Shown here: one piece after another, positions 43,650 through 53,180 of the stretch | How the letters are laid out: every line of letters starts with the position of its first letter | How positions within the stretch are numbered: position 1 is the stretch's first letter | Assembly (NCBI GenBank): GCA_004298325.1 | Contig: SCUF01000187.1 | Location: 1-57,661, forward strand | From: Betaproteobacteria bacterium | Lineage (GTDB): Bacteria; Pseudomonadota; Gammaproteobacteria; Burkholderiales; SG8-39 | Reading direction: 5' to 3' | Length of the DNA stretch: 57,661 bases | Translations under genes and position numbers: made by a program | Notes under the pieces: model-generated | What the model saw: the letters and a program-made list of their open reading frames with translations, nothing else | What the model was told of the DNA's origin: nothing | The model's database searches: none

Positions 43650-44176
43650 TCGTCCAGGTGCTGCTCACCATGATGGTCGTGACGGTGCTCGCCATCGTCC
43701 TGCAGCGCAACCTGTTCTCCGTCGTCGTGCTGGCGGGCATCTACAGTTTTCTGATGGCCACGGTGCTGCTCGCGCTGGACGCGGTCGACGTCGCGATGAC
43801 CGAAGCTTCGGTCGGCGCCGGCATCTCGACCGTGCTGCTGCTCGGGGCGCTCTACCTTTGCGGGGGCGAGGAGGCGAAGCCGCTGCACCGGCCCTGGCTG
43901 CCGCTGGGCGTCGCGCTGTTGATCGTCGCCGCGCTCGTCTACGGCACCTTCGGGTTGCCCGAATTCTCCGATCCGCTGGCGCCGTTCCACACGCATGTCG
44001 TGCCACGCTATCTCGAGCAGGCCTTGAAGGAAACCGGCGTGCCGAACGTGGTGACGGCCGTTCTTGCGAGCTACCGCGGTTACGACACGCTGGGGGAAAC
44101 GGTGGTGGTGTTCACCGCGGGCATCGGCGTCATCGCGCTATTGCGCCGCACACGGCGCCGCGAGGAGGACCGATGA
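43637..44176 (+). CDS. DUF4040 / MrpB-N-terminal-like Mrp subunit (start uncertain: ATC 43637, GTG 43658 or ATG 43670)
   Basis: DAVDVAMTEASVGAG and NVVTAVLASYRGYDTLGE motifs. Confidence 0.85.
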   Translation: MEALIVQVLLTMMVVTVLAIVLQRNLFSVVVLAGIYSFLMATVLLALDAVDVAMTEASVGAGISTVLLLGALYLCGGEEAKPLHRPWLPLGVALLIVAALVYGTFGLPEFSDPLAPFHTHVVPRYLEQALKETGVPNVVTAVLASYRGYDTLGETVVVFTAGIGVIALLRRTRRREEDR

Positions 44177-44604
44177 GACGCCAGATGGTGCTGCGCGTGG
44201 TGGGCAAGCTGTTCATCCCCTACATGCTGCTGTTCGCCCTGTACGTCCAGTTCCACGGCGACTTCGGTCCGGGCGGCGGTTTCCAGGCCGGCGTGATCGC
44301 TGCCGCGGCGATCATCTTCTACGCCCTCATCTTCGGCCTGCCCGCGGCGCGGCGGCTTGCGCCCGACGCGGTGGTCGAGGCGATGGTGGCGCTCGGCGTG
44401 CTGCTCTACGCCGGCGTCGGCGTCGCCGGCATGGTGCTGGGCGGCAACTATCTCGATTACTTCGTGCTCGACCGCGACCCCGTTGCCGGCCAGCACCGCG
44501 GCATCTTCTGGGTCGAGGCCGGCGTCGGCACGACCGTCACCGGCGTGATGCTGAAGATCTTCTACATGTTCGCCGGCCGCGGCCGCGGCCTGGAAGAACG
44601 CTGA
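44173..44604 (+). CDS. mrpB: Mrp/Mnh antiporter subunit B
   Basis: HGDFGPGGGFQAG and VEAGVG motifs; SD GAGGAGG; ATGA overlap. Confidence 0.9.
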   Translation: MRRQMVLRVVGKLFIPYMLLFALYVQFHGDFGPGGGFQAGVIAAAAIIFYALIFGLPAARRLAPDAVVEAMVALGVLLYAGVGVAGMVLGGNYLDYFVLDRDPVAGQHRGIFWVEAGVGTTVTGVMLKIFYMFAGRGRGLEER

Positions 44605-44622
44605 GCGGATTCTGCAGCGCGC

Positions 44623-44988
44623 ATGAGCGTTCTCGGTCACTACAGCTACTGGATCACCGTGATCCTGATGGTCGCCGGACTGTACATCGTGATCGCGCGC
44701 GGCAACCTGATCAAGAAACTGATCGGGCTTTCGATCTTCCAGACGTCGGTCTACCTGCTCTACATCGCGCCCGGCAAGCTGATCGGCGGCACGGCGCCGA
44801 TCGTCGCCGACGGCTTCAAGCTCTACTCGAACCCGCTGCCGCACGTGCTGATCCTCACCGCCATCGTGGTCGGGGTTGCGACGCTGGCGCTCGGCCTCGC
44901 GATCGTGGTGCGTATCCGCGAGGCGTACGGCGCCATCGAAGAGGACGAGATTCTCGCCGCCGACCGCGACCGCGGGGCCGGCGCGTGA
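44623..44988 (+). CDS. mrpC: Mrp/Mnh antiporter subunit C
   Basis: NLIKKLIGL and NPLPHVLILTAIVVG motifs. Confidence 0.92.
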   Translation: MSVLGHYSYWITVILMVAGLYIVIARGNLIKKLIGLSIFQTSVYLLYIAPGKLIGGTAPIVADGFKLYSNPLPHVLILTAIVVGVATLALGLAIVVRIREAYGAIEEDEILAADRDRGAGA

Positions 44989-46466
44989 CGCTCGCGCACC
45001 TGCCCGCGCTGGAAGTGGTCGTGCCCCTGCTGGCGGCGCCGCTGGCCGTGCTGCTGCGCCGCTCGTCCCTGGCCTGGGCGATCGCGACCGCGGCCTGCGC
45101 CTTCAGTTTTGCCGTGGCGCTGCTGCTCGCCTCCGAGGTCTCGGCGCACGGGCCGATTTCCTACCATCTCGGCAGCTGGCCTCCGCCCTGGGGCATCGAA
45201 TACCGGGTCGACGCGCTGTCGGCGTTCGTGCTGGTGCTGGTCTCGGGCATCGGCACGCTGACGGCGCTTTACGCCTGGCGCAGCATCGCCGCCGAGTTGC
45301 CGCGCGACCAGATCTATCTCTATTACGCTCTGCACTGCCTGTGCGTCGCCGGCCTGCTCGGCATGACGATCACGGGCGACGCCTTCAACCTGTTCGTGTT
45401 CATGGAGATCGCCTCGCTCTCGAGCTACGTGCTGATCGCGCTTGGCCGCGACCGCCGCGCACTGGTAGCGGCCTACCAGTACCTGATCCTCGGCACCATC
45501 GGCGCGACCTTCTACGTCATCGGCGTGGGGCTGCTTTACCTCTCGACCGGCACGCTCAACATGGACGACCTCGCCGCGCGCCTGCCGCAGGCGGCGAGCC
45601 CGCGCGCGGTACTTGCGGCGCTCGCCTTCATCACCGTCGGCGTGTCGCTCAAGCTGGCGCTGTTCCCGCTGCACCTGTGGCTGCCGAACGCCTATGCCTA
45701 CGCGCCCTCGGCGGTGACCGCATTCCTCGCCGCGACCGCGACCAAAGTGTCGGTCTACGTGCTGTTGCGTTTCTACTTCGGCATTTTCGGTCTCGAGCTG
45801 GTCGCCGAATCGCTGCCGATGCGCGAGATCCTGCTGGTGCTGTCGCTGGTCGCGATTGTGACCGCATCGCTGGTGGCGCTGTGGCAGGCGGACCTGAAGC
45901 GCCTGTTTGCCTACTCGAGCGTGGCGCAGATCGGCTACATCACGCTCGGCATCAGCATGGCTTCGCGGGACGGCCTCACCGCGGCCGTCGTGCACCTGTT
46001 CAACCACGGCGTCACCAAAGGCGCGCTGTTTCTCCTGGTCGGCGGCATCGCGCTGCGCGCCGGCAGCGCCGGCCTGGAATGCGCGCGCGGCCTCGGGCGC
46101 ACCATGCCGCTCACATCCCTCGGCATCGTCATCGCCGGGCTGTCGCTGATCGGAGTGCCGGGGACGGCCGGTTTCGTGAGCAAGTGGTACCTCGTGCTGG
46201 GCGCGATCGAGGCAGGCCGCTGGTGGCTGGTCGCCTTCGTGGTCGCGACCTCGCTGATCGCGGTGGCCTACGTCTGGCGTTTCGTCGAGGCCGCCTACCT
46301 GTCCGCGCCCGGCGGTCGCACGCCGGAGCCGGGCGAGACCCCGGCGACGATGCTGGTGCCGGCCTGGATCCTGGTGGCGGCCTGCGTCGGCTTCGGGCTG
46401 CAGACGTCGTGGACCGTAGGCGGGGCGCAGCGCGCTGCGGCGCTGCTGCTCGGAGGCGCGCCATGA
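44985..46466 (+). CDS. mrpD: Mrp/Mnh antiporter subunit D (paralogue 1)
   Basis: GDAFNLFVFMEI, KLALFPLHLWLP, TKV, AYSSVAQIG and GFVSKW motifs. Confidence 0.9.
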   Translation: MTLAHLPALEVVVPLLAAPLAVLLRRSSLAWAIATAACAFSFAVALLLASEVSAHGPISYHLGSWPPPWGIEYRVDALSAFVLVLVSGIGTLTALYAWRSIAAELPRDQIYLYYALHCLCVAGLLGMTITGDAFNLFVFMEIASLSSYVLIALGRDRRALVAAYQYLILGTIGATFYVIGVGLLYLSTGTLNMDDLAARLPQAASPRAVLAALAFITVGVSLKLALFPLHLWLPNAYAYAPSAVTAFLAATATKVSVYVLLRFYFGIFGLELVAESLPMREILLVLSLVAIVTASLVALWQADLKRLFAYSSVAQIGYITLGISMASRDGLTAAVVHLFNHGVTKGALFLLVGGIALRAGSAGLECARGLGRTMPLTSLGIVIAGLSLIGVPGTAGFVSKWYLVLGAIEAGRWWLVAFVVATSLIAVAYVWRFVEAAYLSAPGGRTPEPGETPATMLVPAWILVAACVGFGLQTSWTVGGAQRAAALLLGGAP

Positions 46467-47929
46467 ACGGCGCGCAACTCATCGCCGCGGCGCTGCTCGT
46501 GCCAGCGGCCGGCGCCGCCGGGATCGCGCTCGCCGGACGCCGGCCGAACCTGCGCGAGAGCGCGACGCTCGCCACCGCGGCGACGCTGCTCGTCTGCGTG
46601 CTCGGGTTGCTGCCACTGGTGCTCGCCGGCGAGCGGCCGCAGCTGGTGCTGCTCGAGATGCTGCCCGGCATCACGCTCGGCTTTCGCCTCGAGCCGCTCG
46701 GCATGCTCTTTGCGCTGGTCGCTTCCAGCCTGTGGATCGTCAACTCGGTCTATTCGATCGGCTACATGCGCGGCAACAACGAGCCGCAGCAGACGCGCTT
46801 CTACGTCTGCTTCGCGCTCGCGCTTGCCGCCACCATGGGCATCGCGTTCTCGGCGAACCTGCTGACCCTGTACCTGTTCTACGAGCTGCTGACGCTGGTC
46901 ACCTGGCCGCTGGTGACGCATCACGGCGACGGCGAAGCGCGCGCCGGGGGGCGCACCTATCTCGGATTCCTGCTCGGCACTTCGATCGTGCTGCTGCTGC
47001 CGGCGATCATCGTCACCTGGGCGTTCGCCGGGACGCTGGATTTCGCTCCCGGTGGCATCCTGCGCGGCGCCGGTCTGTCGAACGCTGCGCTCGGCGGCCT
47101 GCTCGCGCTCTACATGTTCGGCATCGGCAAGGCGGCGCTGATGCCGTTCCATCGCTGGCTGCCGGCGGCGATGGTGGCGCCGACACCGGTCTCGGCGCTG
47201 CTGCACGCGGTGGCGGTGGTGAAGGCGGGCGTGTTCACGGTACTCAAGGTCATCGTGTACGTGTTCGGCGTCGAGACGCTGGCCGAGGTGCGCGCGGCCG
47301 ACTGGCTGCCCACGGTTGCGGGATTCACGATCATCGCGGCCTCCGTTGTCGCGCTGCGCTCGGACAATCTGAAGCGGCGACTGGCCTATTCGACCGTCAG
47401 CCAGCTGTCCTACGTGGTGCTCGCCGCGTCGCTGCTGGCGCCGCTGTCGGTCGCGGCCGCCGCGCTGCATATCGCGACGCACGCGGTCGGCAAGATCACG
47501 CTGTTTTTCGCCGCCGGAGCGATCTACACGGCGTCGCACAAGACCGAGGTCAGTCAGCTCGACGGCATCGGCCGGCGCATGCCCTGGACCATGGGCGCAT
47601 TCGCGATCGGCGCGCTTTCGCTCATCGGCATACCGCCGACGGCAGGATTTCTCAGCAAGTGGATGATCTTTCAGGGTGCCGCCGCCGCTGGGCATCATGC
47701 CGCGCTCGCTGTGCTGGCGCTGAGCACGCTGCTCAATGCGGCCTATTTCCTGCCGATCGTGCACGCGGCATTTCTGCGCGAGCCGCGTGCGGGCGGTGGC
47801 GTGCACGGCGAGGCGCCGAAGCCGATGCTGGCGGCACTCGTGCTGACCGCCCTGGCGACGCTTGCGCTGCCGTTCGTTGCTGCGGTGCCGCTTGCGCTGG
47901 CGCGCGCCGCCGCCGGCATCGGAACCTGA
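46463..47929 (+). CDS. Mrp antiporter-like subunit (MrpD/MrpA-type paralogue 2)
   Basis: LFYEL, KAALMPFHRWLPAAMVAPTPVSALLHAVAVVKAG (MrpA/NuoL-like) and AYSTVSQL motifs. Confidence 0.9.
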   Translation: MNGAQLIAAALLVPAAGAAGIALAGRRPNLRESATLATAATLLVCVLGLLPLVLAGERPQLVLLEMLPGITLGFRLEPLGMLFALVASSLWIVNSVYSIGYMRGNNEPQQTRFYVCFALALAATMGIAFSANLLTLYLFYELLTLVTWPLVTHHGDGEARAGGRTYLGFLLGTSIVLLLPAIIVTWAFAGTLDFAPGGILRGAGLSNAALGGLLALYMFGIGKAALMPFHRWLPAAMVAPTPVSALLHAVAVVKAGVFTVLKVIVYVFGVETLAEVRAADWLPTVAGFTIIAASVVALRSDNLKRRLAYSTVSQLSYVVLAASLLAPLSVAAAALHIATHAVGKITLFFAAGAIYTASHKTEVSQLDGIGRRMPWTMGAFAIGALSLIGIPPTAGFLSKWMIFQGAAAAGHHAALAVLALSTLLNAAYFLPIVHAAFLREPRAGGGVHGEAPKPMLAALVLTALATLALPFVAAVPLALARAAAGIGT

Positions 47930-47942
47930 CGGGACACAGAGG

Positions 47943-48191
47943 ATGCAAGACGGGAAACCATCGTGGCTCGATCAGCCGGCAAACGTGAGCCGGCTATATC
48001 GCGGATTGTGGGTGCTTGGCGCGCTGCTGGTGCTCGCCGATCTCGTCGTGCACCGGCATGCCGAGGCCGGTTTCGACGGCTGGTTTGCCTTCTACGGCGG
48101 GTACGGGTTCGTCGCCTGCGTCGCCCTGGTGCTCGCGGCCAAGCTGCTGCGGCGCGCCGTGATGCGCTCGGAGCAATACTATGATCGCTGA
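47943..48191 (+). CDS. Small 2-TM hypothetical protein inside the mrp operon (82 aa)
   Basis: MQDGKPSWLDQPANV...FYGGYGFVACVALVLAAK.LR..VMRSEQYYDR; GAGG SD; overlaps the next gene. Confidence 0.75.
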   Translation: MQDGKPSWLDQPANVSRLYRGLWVLGALLVLADLVVHRHAEAGFDGWFAFYGGYGFVACVALVLAAKLLRRAVMRSEQYYDR

Positions 48192-49872
48192 GCTCCCGGC
48201 GGGACTGATCCTGATCGCCGCCGGGCTGGCGCTGCCGTTGCTGCCGCGCGCGGCGCGCGCGCCGCTGGCGCTCGCTGCGCCGGCGCTGGCTTTCGCGCAA
48301 CTGCTCGGGATGGCTCCGGGATACCGGCTCGAGGCGGAGGCGTTCGGCTTCGTGCTGACGCTGGTCCGCGCGGACCGCCTGAGCCTCGTTTTCGGCTACA
48401 TTTTCACGATTGCGGCGCTGCTCAACGCAATCTTCGCCTGGCAGGTCCGCGACGGCCCCGAGCAGCCCGCAGCGCTGGTCTACGCCGGCAGCGCGCTCGC
48501 CGCCGTTTTCGCCGGCGACCTGCTGACGCTGTTCGTGTTCTGGGAGTTGTCTGCGGTAGCCTCAGCGCTCGTGATCTGGGCGCGCGGGACGCAACGCGCT
48601 TACCGCGCCGGCATGCGCTACATGGCGATCCAGCTCGGTTCCGGCATGCTGCTGGCGGCCGGTGCCGCCTTGCGCTACGCCGAAACCGGCTCCCTCGCGT
48701 TTGATTTCATCGGACTCGCCTCGCCGGGCGGCGTGCTGATCCTTGCCGCGTGCGGCGTCAAGTGCGCGTTTCCGCTGCTGCACAACTGGCTGCAGGACGC
48801 CTATCCGGAGGCGAGTGCGACGGGCACCGTGGTGCTGTCGGCGTTCACGACCAAGCTCGGCATCTACGCGCTGGCGCGCGGGTTCCCGGGCACCGAGGCG
48901 CTGATCTGGATCGGCACCGCGATGACTGCGTTCCCGATCTTCTACGCGGTGATCGAGAACGACCTGCGCCGGGTGCTCGCCTACAGTGTCAACAACCAGC
49001 TCGGTTTCATGGTGGTCGGAATCGGCCTCGGCACGGATCTCGGGCTGAATGGCGCCATCGCGCACGCCTTTGCAGACATTCTGTTCAAGGCGCTGCTGTT
49101 CATGTCGATGGGTGCGGTGCTGCTGCGCGCCGGGAGCGTGAACGGCACCGACCTGGGCGGCCTTCACAAGTCGATGCCGCTGACCACGGGCTTTTGCATC
49201 GTCGGCGCGGCATCGATTTCCGCGTTCCCGCTGTTCAGCGGCTTCGTCACGAAGTCGATGATCATAGTTTCGGCGGCGCAGCAGGGGCACGAAGGCGTGT
49301 GGCTCGTCCTGTTGTTCGCGTCCGCGGGTGTCTTTCACCATGCCGGAATCAAGATTCCGTTCTTCGCGTTCTTCGCGCACGACTCCGGAATCCGCTGCCA
49401 GGAAGCGCCAGCCCACATGCTGGTGGCGATGGCGCTCGCAGCGGCGCTGTGCATAGGCATCGGCATTTTTCCGGAGGCGCTTTACGCCATTCTGCCGCGA
49501 CCGGTTGAGTACGTGCCCTATACCGCATCGCACGTGCTTTCCCAATTGCAGCTGCTCGTGTTTTCGGCGCTCGCCTTTTCGTGGCTGATGCGCAGCGGCA
49601 TCTATCCGTCCGAAATGCGTTCGGTGAATCTCGATTTCGACTGGCTCTACCGGGGACCCGGCAAGCGCCTGGCGTTGGGCGCGCTCGACGCGCTGGCCAT
49701 GCTCCGCCGTACACTGGATCAAGCGGCGCATCGCGCCGGGGGGGGAATCGGCAACTGGGTGCGGCTGCACCACGCCGCGCAGGGCGTACTCGCGCGCACC
49801 TGGAGCACCGGCGGCATGGCGCTCTGGGTGGCCCTGATGCTGGGCGCGTACCTGCTCGTGTACTACTTGTGA
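48181..49872 (+). CDS. Mrp antiporter subunit D-like (paralogue 3, long)
   Basis: FVFWEL, KCAFPLLHNWLQDAYPEA, FTTK, AYSVNNQLG and HHAGIKIP motifs. Confidence 0.9.
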   Translation: MIAELPAGLILIAAGLALPLLPRAARAPLALAAPALAFAQLLGMAPGYRLEAEAFGFVLTLVRADRLSLVFGYIFTIAALLNAIFAWQVRDGPEQPAALVYAGSALAAVFAGDLLTLFVFWELSAVASALVIWARGTQRAYRAGMRYMAIQLGSGMLLAAGAALRYAETGSLAFDFIGLASPGGVLILAACGVKCAFPLLHNWLQDAYPEASATGTVVLSAFTTKLGIYALARGFPGTEALIWIGTAMTAFPIFYAVIENDLRRVLAYSVNNQLGFMVVGIGLGTDLGLNGAIAHAFADILFKALLFMSMGAVLLRAGSVNGTDLGGLHKSMPLTTGFCIVGAASISAFPLFSGFVTKSMIIVSAAQQGHEGVWLVLLFASAGVFHHAGIKIPFFAFFAHDSGIRCQEAPAHMLVAMALAAALCIGIGIFPEALYAILPRPVEYVPYTASHVLSQLQLLVFSALAFSWLMRSGIYPSEMRSVNLDFDWLYRGPGKRLALGALDALAMLRRTLDQAAHRAGGGIGNWVRLHHAAQGVLARTWSTGGMALWVALMLGAYLLVYYL

Positions 49873-49937
49873 GTCCTGGCCAGGGGACCCAGGCCTGCCG
49901 CGGCGCGCGTGCCCGCGCCGTGCGTCGCGCAATCGCC

Positions 49938-49967
49938 TTGCCGGGCCTGATCGCGCAGGAGTATGAT
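49938..49967 (+). promoter_or_regulatory. sigma70-type promoter of the dctPQM-amidase operon
   Basis: TTGCCG-N18-TATGAT, a perfect palindrome downstream at 49985-50000, and a strong SD TAAGGAGG at 50015-50022. Confidence 0.55.
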
Positions 49968-50029
49968 TCCGCGGCAATTCCGAACGGGGCTGCAGCCCCG
50001 CACGTAACAATCCTTAAGGAGGCAAATCG

Positions 50030-51160
50030 ATGAGCAACGAACAAGTCAAGGCATCGCGCCGCAAGTTCCTCACGGGCGCAACGGCCGCGGCTGCGGGGAC
50101 GGCGGCGCTCGGTTTCCCGATGATCGCCAAGGCGCAGACTCCGATTGTCCTGAAAATGCAGGGTGCGTGGGGCGCCAAGGACATCTTCAACGAGATGGCC
50201 GAGGAGTACGTCAAGCGCGTCAACGAGATGGCGGGCGGGCGCCTGCGCATCGACTACCTCGTGGCGGGCGCGGTGGTGAAGCCCTTCGAGGTGATGGACG
50301 CGACCAGCAAGGGCGTGCTGGACGCCTGCCACAGCGTGACGGTGTACTGGTACGGCAAGTCGAAGGTGGCGTCGCTGTTCGGCACCGGGCCGATTAACGG
50401 CATGGACGCGCACCAGACGCTCGCCTGGATCTACCGCGGCGGCGGTTTGGCGCTCTACAACGAGCTGCTTCCCAAGATCGGCCTCGACGTGGTCGGCTTT
50501 TTCGCCATGCCGATGCCGACCCAGCCGCTCGGCTGGTTCAAGAAACCGATCACCAGCGCGGCGGGGCTCAAGGGCCTGAAATACCGCACCGTGGGTCTCG
50601 CGGCCGACCTGTTCCAGCTGATGGGCGCCAAGGTGACGCAGCTGCCGGGCGGCGAGATCATCCCGGCGCTGGAAAAGGGCGTGATCGACGCCTTCGAGTT
50701 CAACAACCCGACTTCCGACATGCGTTTCGGCTCCCAGGACGTGATCAAGAACTACATGATGGGCAGCTTCCACCAGGCGACAGAGTTCTTCGAGATCGCC
50801 TTCAACAAGAAGAAGTGGGCCACCATTCCGAAGGACCTACAGGCAATCCTTCAATACGCCGCCGAGGCTGCGAATTCGGCCAACTACTGGACGGGGATGG
50901 ACAACTACTCCAGGGACCTGCAGGATCTAATCACCAAGCACAAGGTCAATGTGATCCGCACGCCAAAGTCGATCTTTCAAGAGCAGCTCAAGGCCTGGGA
51001 TGTCCTCACCAAGAAGCTGTCGGACGAGGATCCGTTCTTCAAGAAGGTGGTCGAGTCGCAGCGCGCCTTCGGCAAGCGCGTGGCGTACTTCCACTTCCTG
51101 AACGACGCGGACTACAAGCTCGGTTACGAGCACATCTTCAAAACCAAGATCCCGACTTGA
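50030..51160 (+). CDS. dctP: TRAP transporter substrate-binding protein DctP (TakP-like), Tat-exported
   Basis: Tat motif SRRKFL; QPLGWF, GLKYRTVG and GEIIPALEKGVIDAFEF motifs. Confidence 0.92.
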   Translation: MSNEQVKASRRKFLTGATAAAAGTAALGFPMIAKAQTPIVLKMQGAWGAKDIFNEMAEEYVKRVNEMAGGRLRIDYLVAGAVVKPFEVMDATSKGVLDACHSVTVYWYGKSKVASLFGTGPINGMDAHQTLAWIYRGGGLALYNELLPKIGLDVVGFFAMPMPTQPLGWFKKPITSAAGLKGLKYRTVGLAADLFQLMGAKVTQLPGGEIIPALEKGVIDAFEFNNPTSDMRFGSQDVIKNYMMGSFHQATEFFEIAFNKKKWATIPKDLQAILQYAAEAANSANYWTGMDNYSRDLQDLITKHKVNVIRTPKSIFQEQLKAWDVLTKKLSDEDPFFKKVVESQRAFGKRVAYFHFLNDADYKLGYEHIFKTKIPT

Positions 51161-51186
51161 GTCGGGCGCAAGCCTGTCGTGACGGC

Positions 51187-51221
51187 TGGGGCGTCACCTT
51201 CGGGTGTCGCCCCATTTTCTT
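51187..51221 (+). terminator. Hairpin/terminator between dctP and dctQ
   Basis: TGGGGCGTCACC-TTCG-GGTGTCGCCCCA followed by TTTTCTT; cUUCGg tetraloop. Confidence 0.7.
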
Positions 51222-51240
51222 GTCCGAGCTTGGGTAGCAG

Positions 51241-51834
51241 ATGACTCAACGACTCATCTACATGATCGACCAGCTGAGCAAGACGGTCGGTCACGCGTTC
51301 GCCTGGTGCATCGTCATCCTCACCTTCGGCACCTGCTACGAGGTGTTCGTGCGCTACGTGCTCGACGACCCCACCAGCTGGGCGTTCGACATGAGTTACA
51401 TGTTGTACGGCGCGGTCTTCTATATGACCGGGGCCTACACGCTGTCGCGCGCCGGCCACGTGCGTGCCGACATGTTCTACCGCCTGTGGTCCGACCGCAC
51501 GCAGGCGATCGTGGAGCTGGTGCTGTACGTCCTGTTCTTCTTCCCGGGAATCCTTGCCCTCGTCATCGCGGGGTGGGGCTACGGAACCGAGTCGCTGCGA
51601 CTGCGCGAAGTGAGCGTCAACAGCCCGGCCGGCGTGCCGATCTGGCCGCTCAAGATGATGATCCCGTTCGGCGCCGGGCTGATCGCACTGCAGGGCTTCG
51701 CGGAGGTGCTGCGCTGCGTGCTGTGCCTGCGCGACGGTCGCTGGGTCGGGCGGCTGCACGACGTCGAGGAGCTTGAAAAGCAGATTATCGAGGAAGCGGC
51801 GCGCAGGCGCGCCGCGGAAGGGACGGCGTCATGA
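51241..51834 (+). CDS. dctQ: TRAP transporter small permease
   Basis: EVFVRY, GHVRADMFY and WPLK motifs; four TM helices. Confidence 0.92.
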   Translation: MTQRLIYMIDQLSKTVGHAFAWCIVILTFGTCYEVFVRYVLDDPTSWAFDMSYMLYGAVFYMTGAYTLSRAGHVRADMFYRLWSDRTQAIVELVLYVLFFFPGILALVIAGWGYGTESLRLREVSVNSPAGVPIWPLKMMIPFGAGLIALQGFAEVLRCVLCLRDGRWVGRLHDVEELEKQIIEEAARRRAAEGTAS

Positions 51835-53177
51835 GCGATCCCGGAGTCGCCCTGACGATGCTCGGGATCCTGGTCTTCACCATCATGATCGGGTTCCCGG
51901 TGGCCTTCACGCTGATGGCACTCGGCGTCGGCTTCGGCTACTACGCCTACTTCCAGCCGCACCAGGACTTCTTCGACAACCGCGTCTTCTACCTGCTGAC
52001 GCAGAACACGTTCACGGTACTGAACAACGACGCCCTGGTGTCGATTCCCCTGTTCCTGCTGATGGGGTATCTGGTCGAGCGCGCCAACATTCTCGACAAC
52101 CTGTTCAAGAGCCTGCAGATCGCCCTCAAGGCGATTCCCGCGTCGCTGGCCGTGGCGACGCTGGCCACCTGTGCCCTGTTCGCGACCGCAACCGGCATTG
52201 TCGGCGCGGTGGTGACCCTGATGGGCATGCTCGCGTTCCCGCAGATGATCAAGGCCGGCTACGACACGCGCCTCGCCTCGGGCGTGGTGTGCGCCGGCGG
52301 TTGCCTGGGAATCCTGATTCCGCCGTCGATCATGTTGATCGTTTACGGCGCCATGGCGAGTCTGTCGGTGGTCAAGCTCTACGCCGCGGCGATGATTCCC
52401 GGCGTCTTGCTTGCCGGCATGTACGTGCTCTACGTCATTGGCGTGGGGATCTTCCAGCCGCAGAAGGCGCCGCCGTTGCCCAAGGGGGAGGGCGACGTCA
52501 GCCTGCGCGTACTGATCACGATGCTGGCGAAATCTTTCTTCCCGCTCGCAGTGATGATCCTGGCGGTGCTCGGCGCGATCATGTTCGGTCTGGCAACGCC
52601 GACCGAGGCGGCGGCGGTGGGCGCATTCGGCGCCATGCTGCTGGCGGCGGGCTATCGCGCGCTGACCTGGCAGGCCTTGCGCGAATCGGTGTTCCTCACC
52701 GCGCGCACCTCGGCGATGGTGTGCTGGCTGTTCGTGGGCTCGGCGACCTTCGCGTCGGTCTTCGCCTACCTCGGCGGCAATGTGCTGATCAAGGATTTCG
52801 TGCTGAGCATGGACTTGAGCCCGATCACGTTCATGATCCTCGCGCAGATCATCATCTTCATTCTCGGCTGGCCGCTGGAGTGGACCGAGATCATCATCAT
52901 CTTCGTGCCGATCTTCCTGCCGATGCTGCCGCACTTCGGCATCGATCCGATGATGTTCGGCATCCTGGTGGCGATCAACCTGCAGACGGCGTTCCTGTCG
53001 CCGCCGATGGCCATGGCGGCGTACTACCTGAAAGGCGTCAGCCCGCCCTCCGTGCTGCTGACGCAGATCTTCAGCGGCTGCATGCCGTTCGTCTACATCG
53101 TGCTGATCACGATGCTGATGATCTACGTGTTCCCGCAGATCACGCTGTGGTTGCCGAGCATCCTTTACAGCAGTTGA
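51831..53177 (+). CDS. dctM: TRAP transporter large permease
   Basis: GFPVAFTL, ATGIVGA, LGILIPPS, ATPTEAAA and NLQTAFLSPP motifs. Confidence 0.93.
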   Translation: MSDPGVALTMLGILVFTIMIGFPVAFTLMALGVGFGYYAYFQPHQDFFDNRVFYLLTQNTFTVLNNDALVSIPLFLLMGYLVERANILDNLFKSLQIALKAIPASLAVATLATCALFATATGIVGAVVTLMGMLAFPQMIKAGYDTRLASGVVCAGGCLGILIPPSIMLIVYGAMASLSVVKLYAAAMIPGVLLAGMYVLYVIGVGIFQPQKAPPLPKGEGDVSLRVLITMLAKSFFPLAVMILAVLGAIMFGLATPTEAAAVGAFGAMLLAAGYRALTWQALRESVFLTARTSAMVCWLFVGSATFASVFAYLGGNVLIKDFVLSMDLSPITFMILAQIIIFILGWPLEWTEIIIIFVPIFLPMLPHFGIDPMMFGILVAINLQTAFLSPPMAMAAYYLKGVSPPSVLLTQIFSGCMPFVYIVLITMLMIYVFPQITLWLPSILYSS

Positions 53178-53180
53178 CGC

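Noticed and set aside
42569-49872. Interpretation as a membrane-bound hydrogenase or complex I operon
   Set aside because: No NuoH-like, Fe-S or NiFe catalytic subunits in the operon; only Mrp-type membrane subunits.
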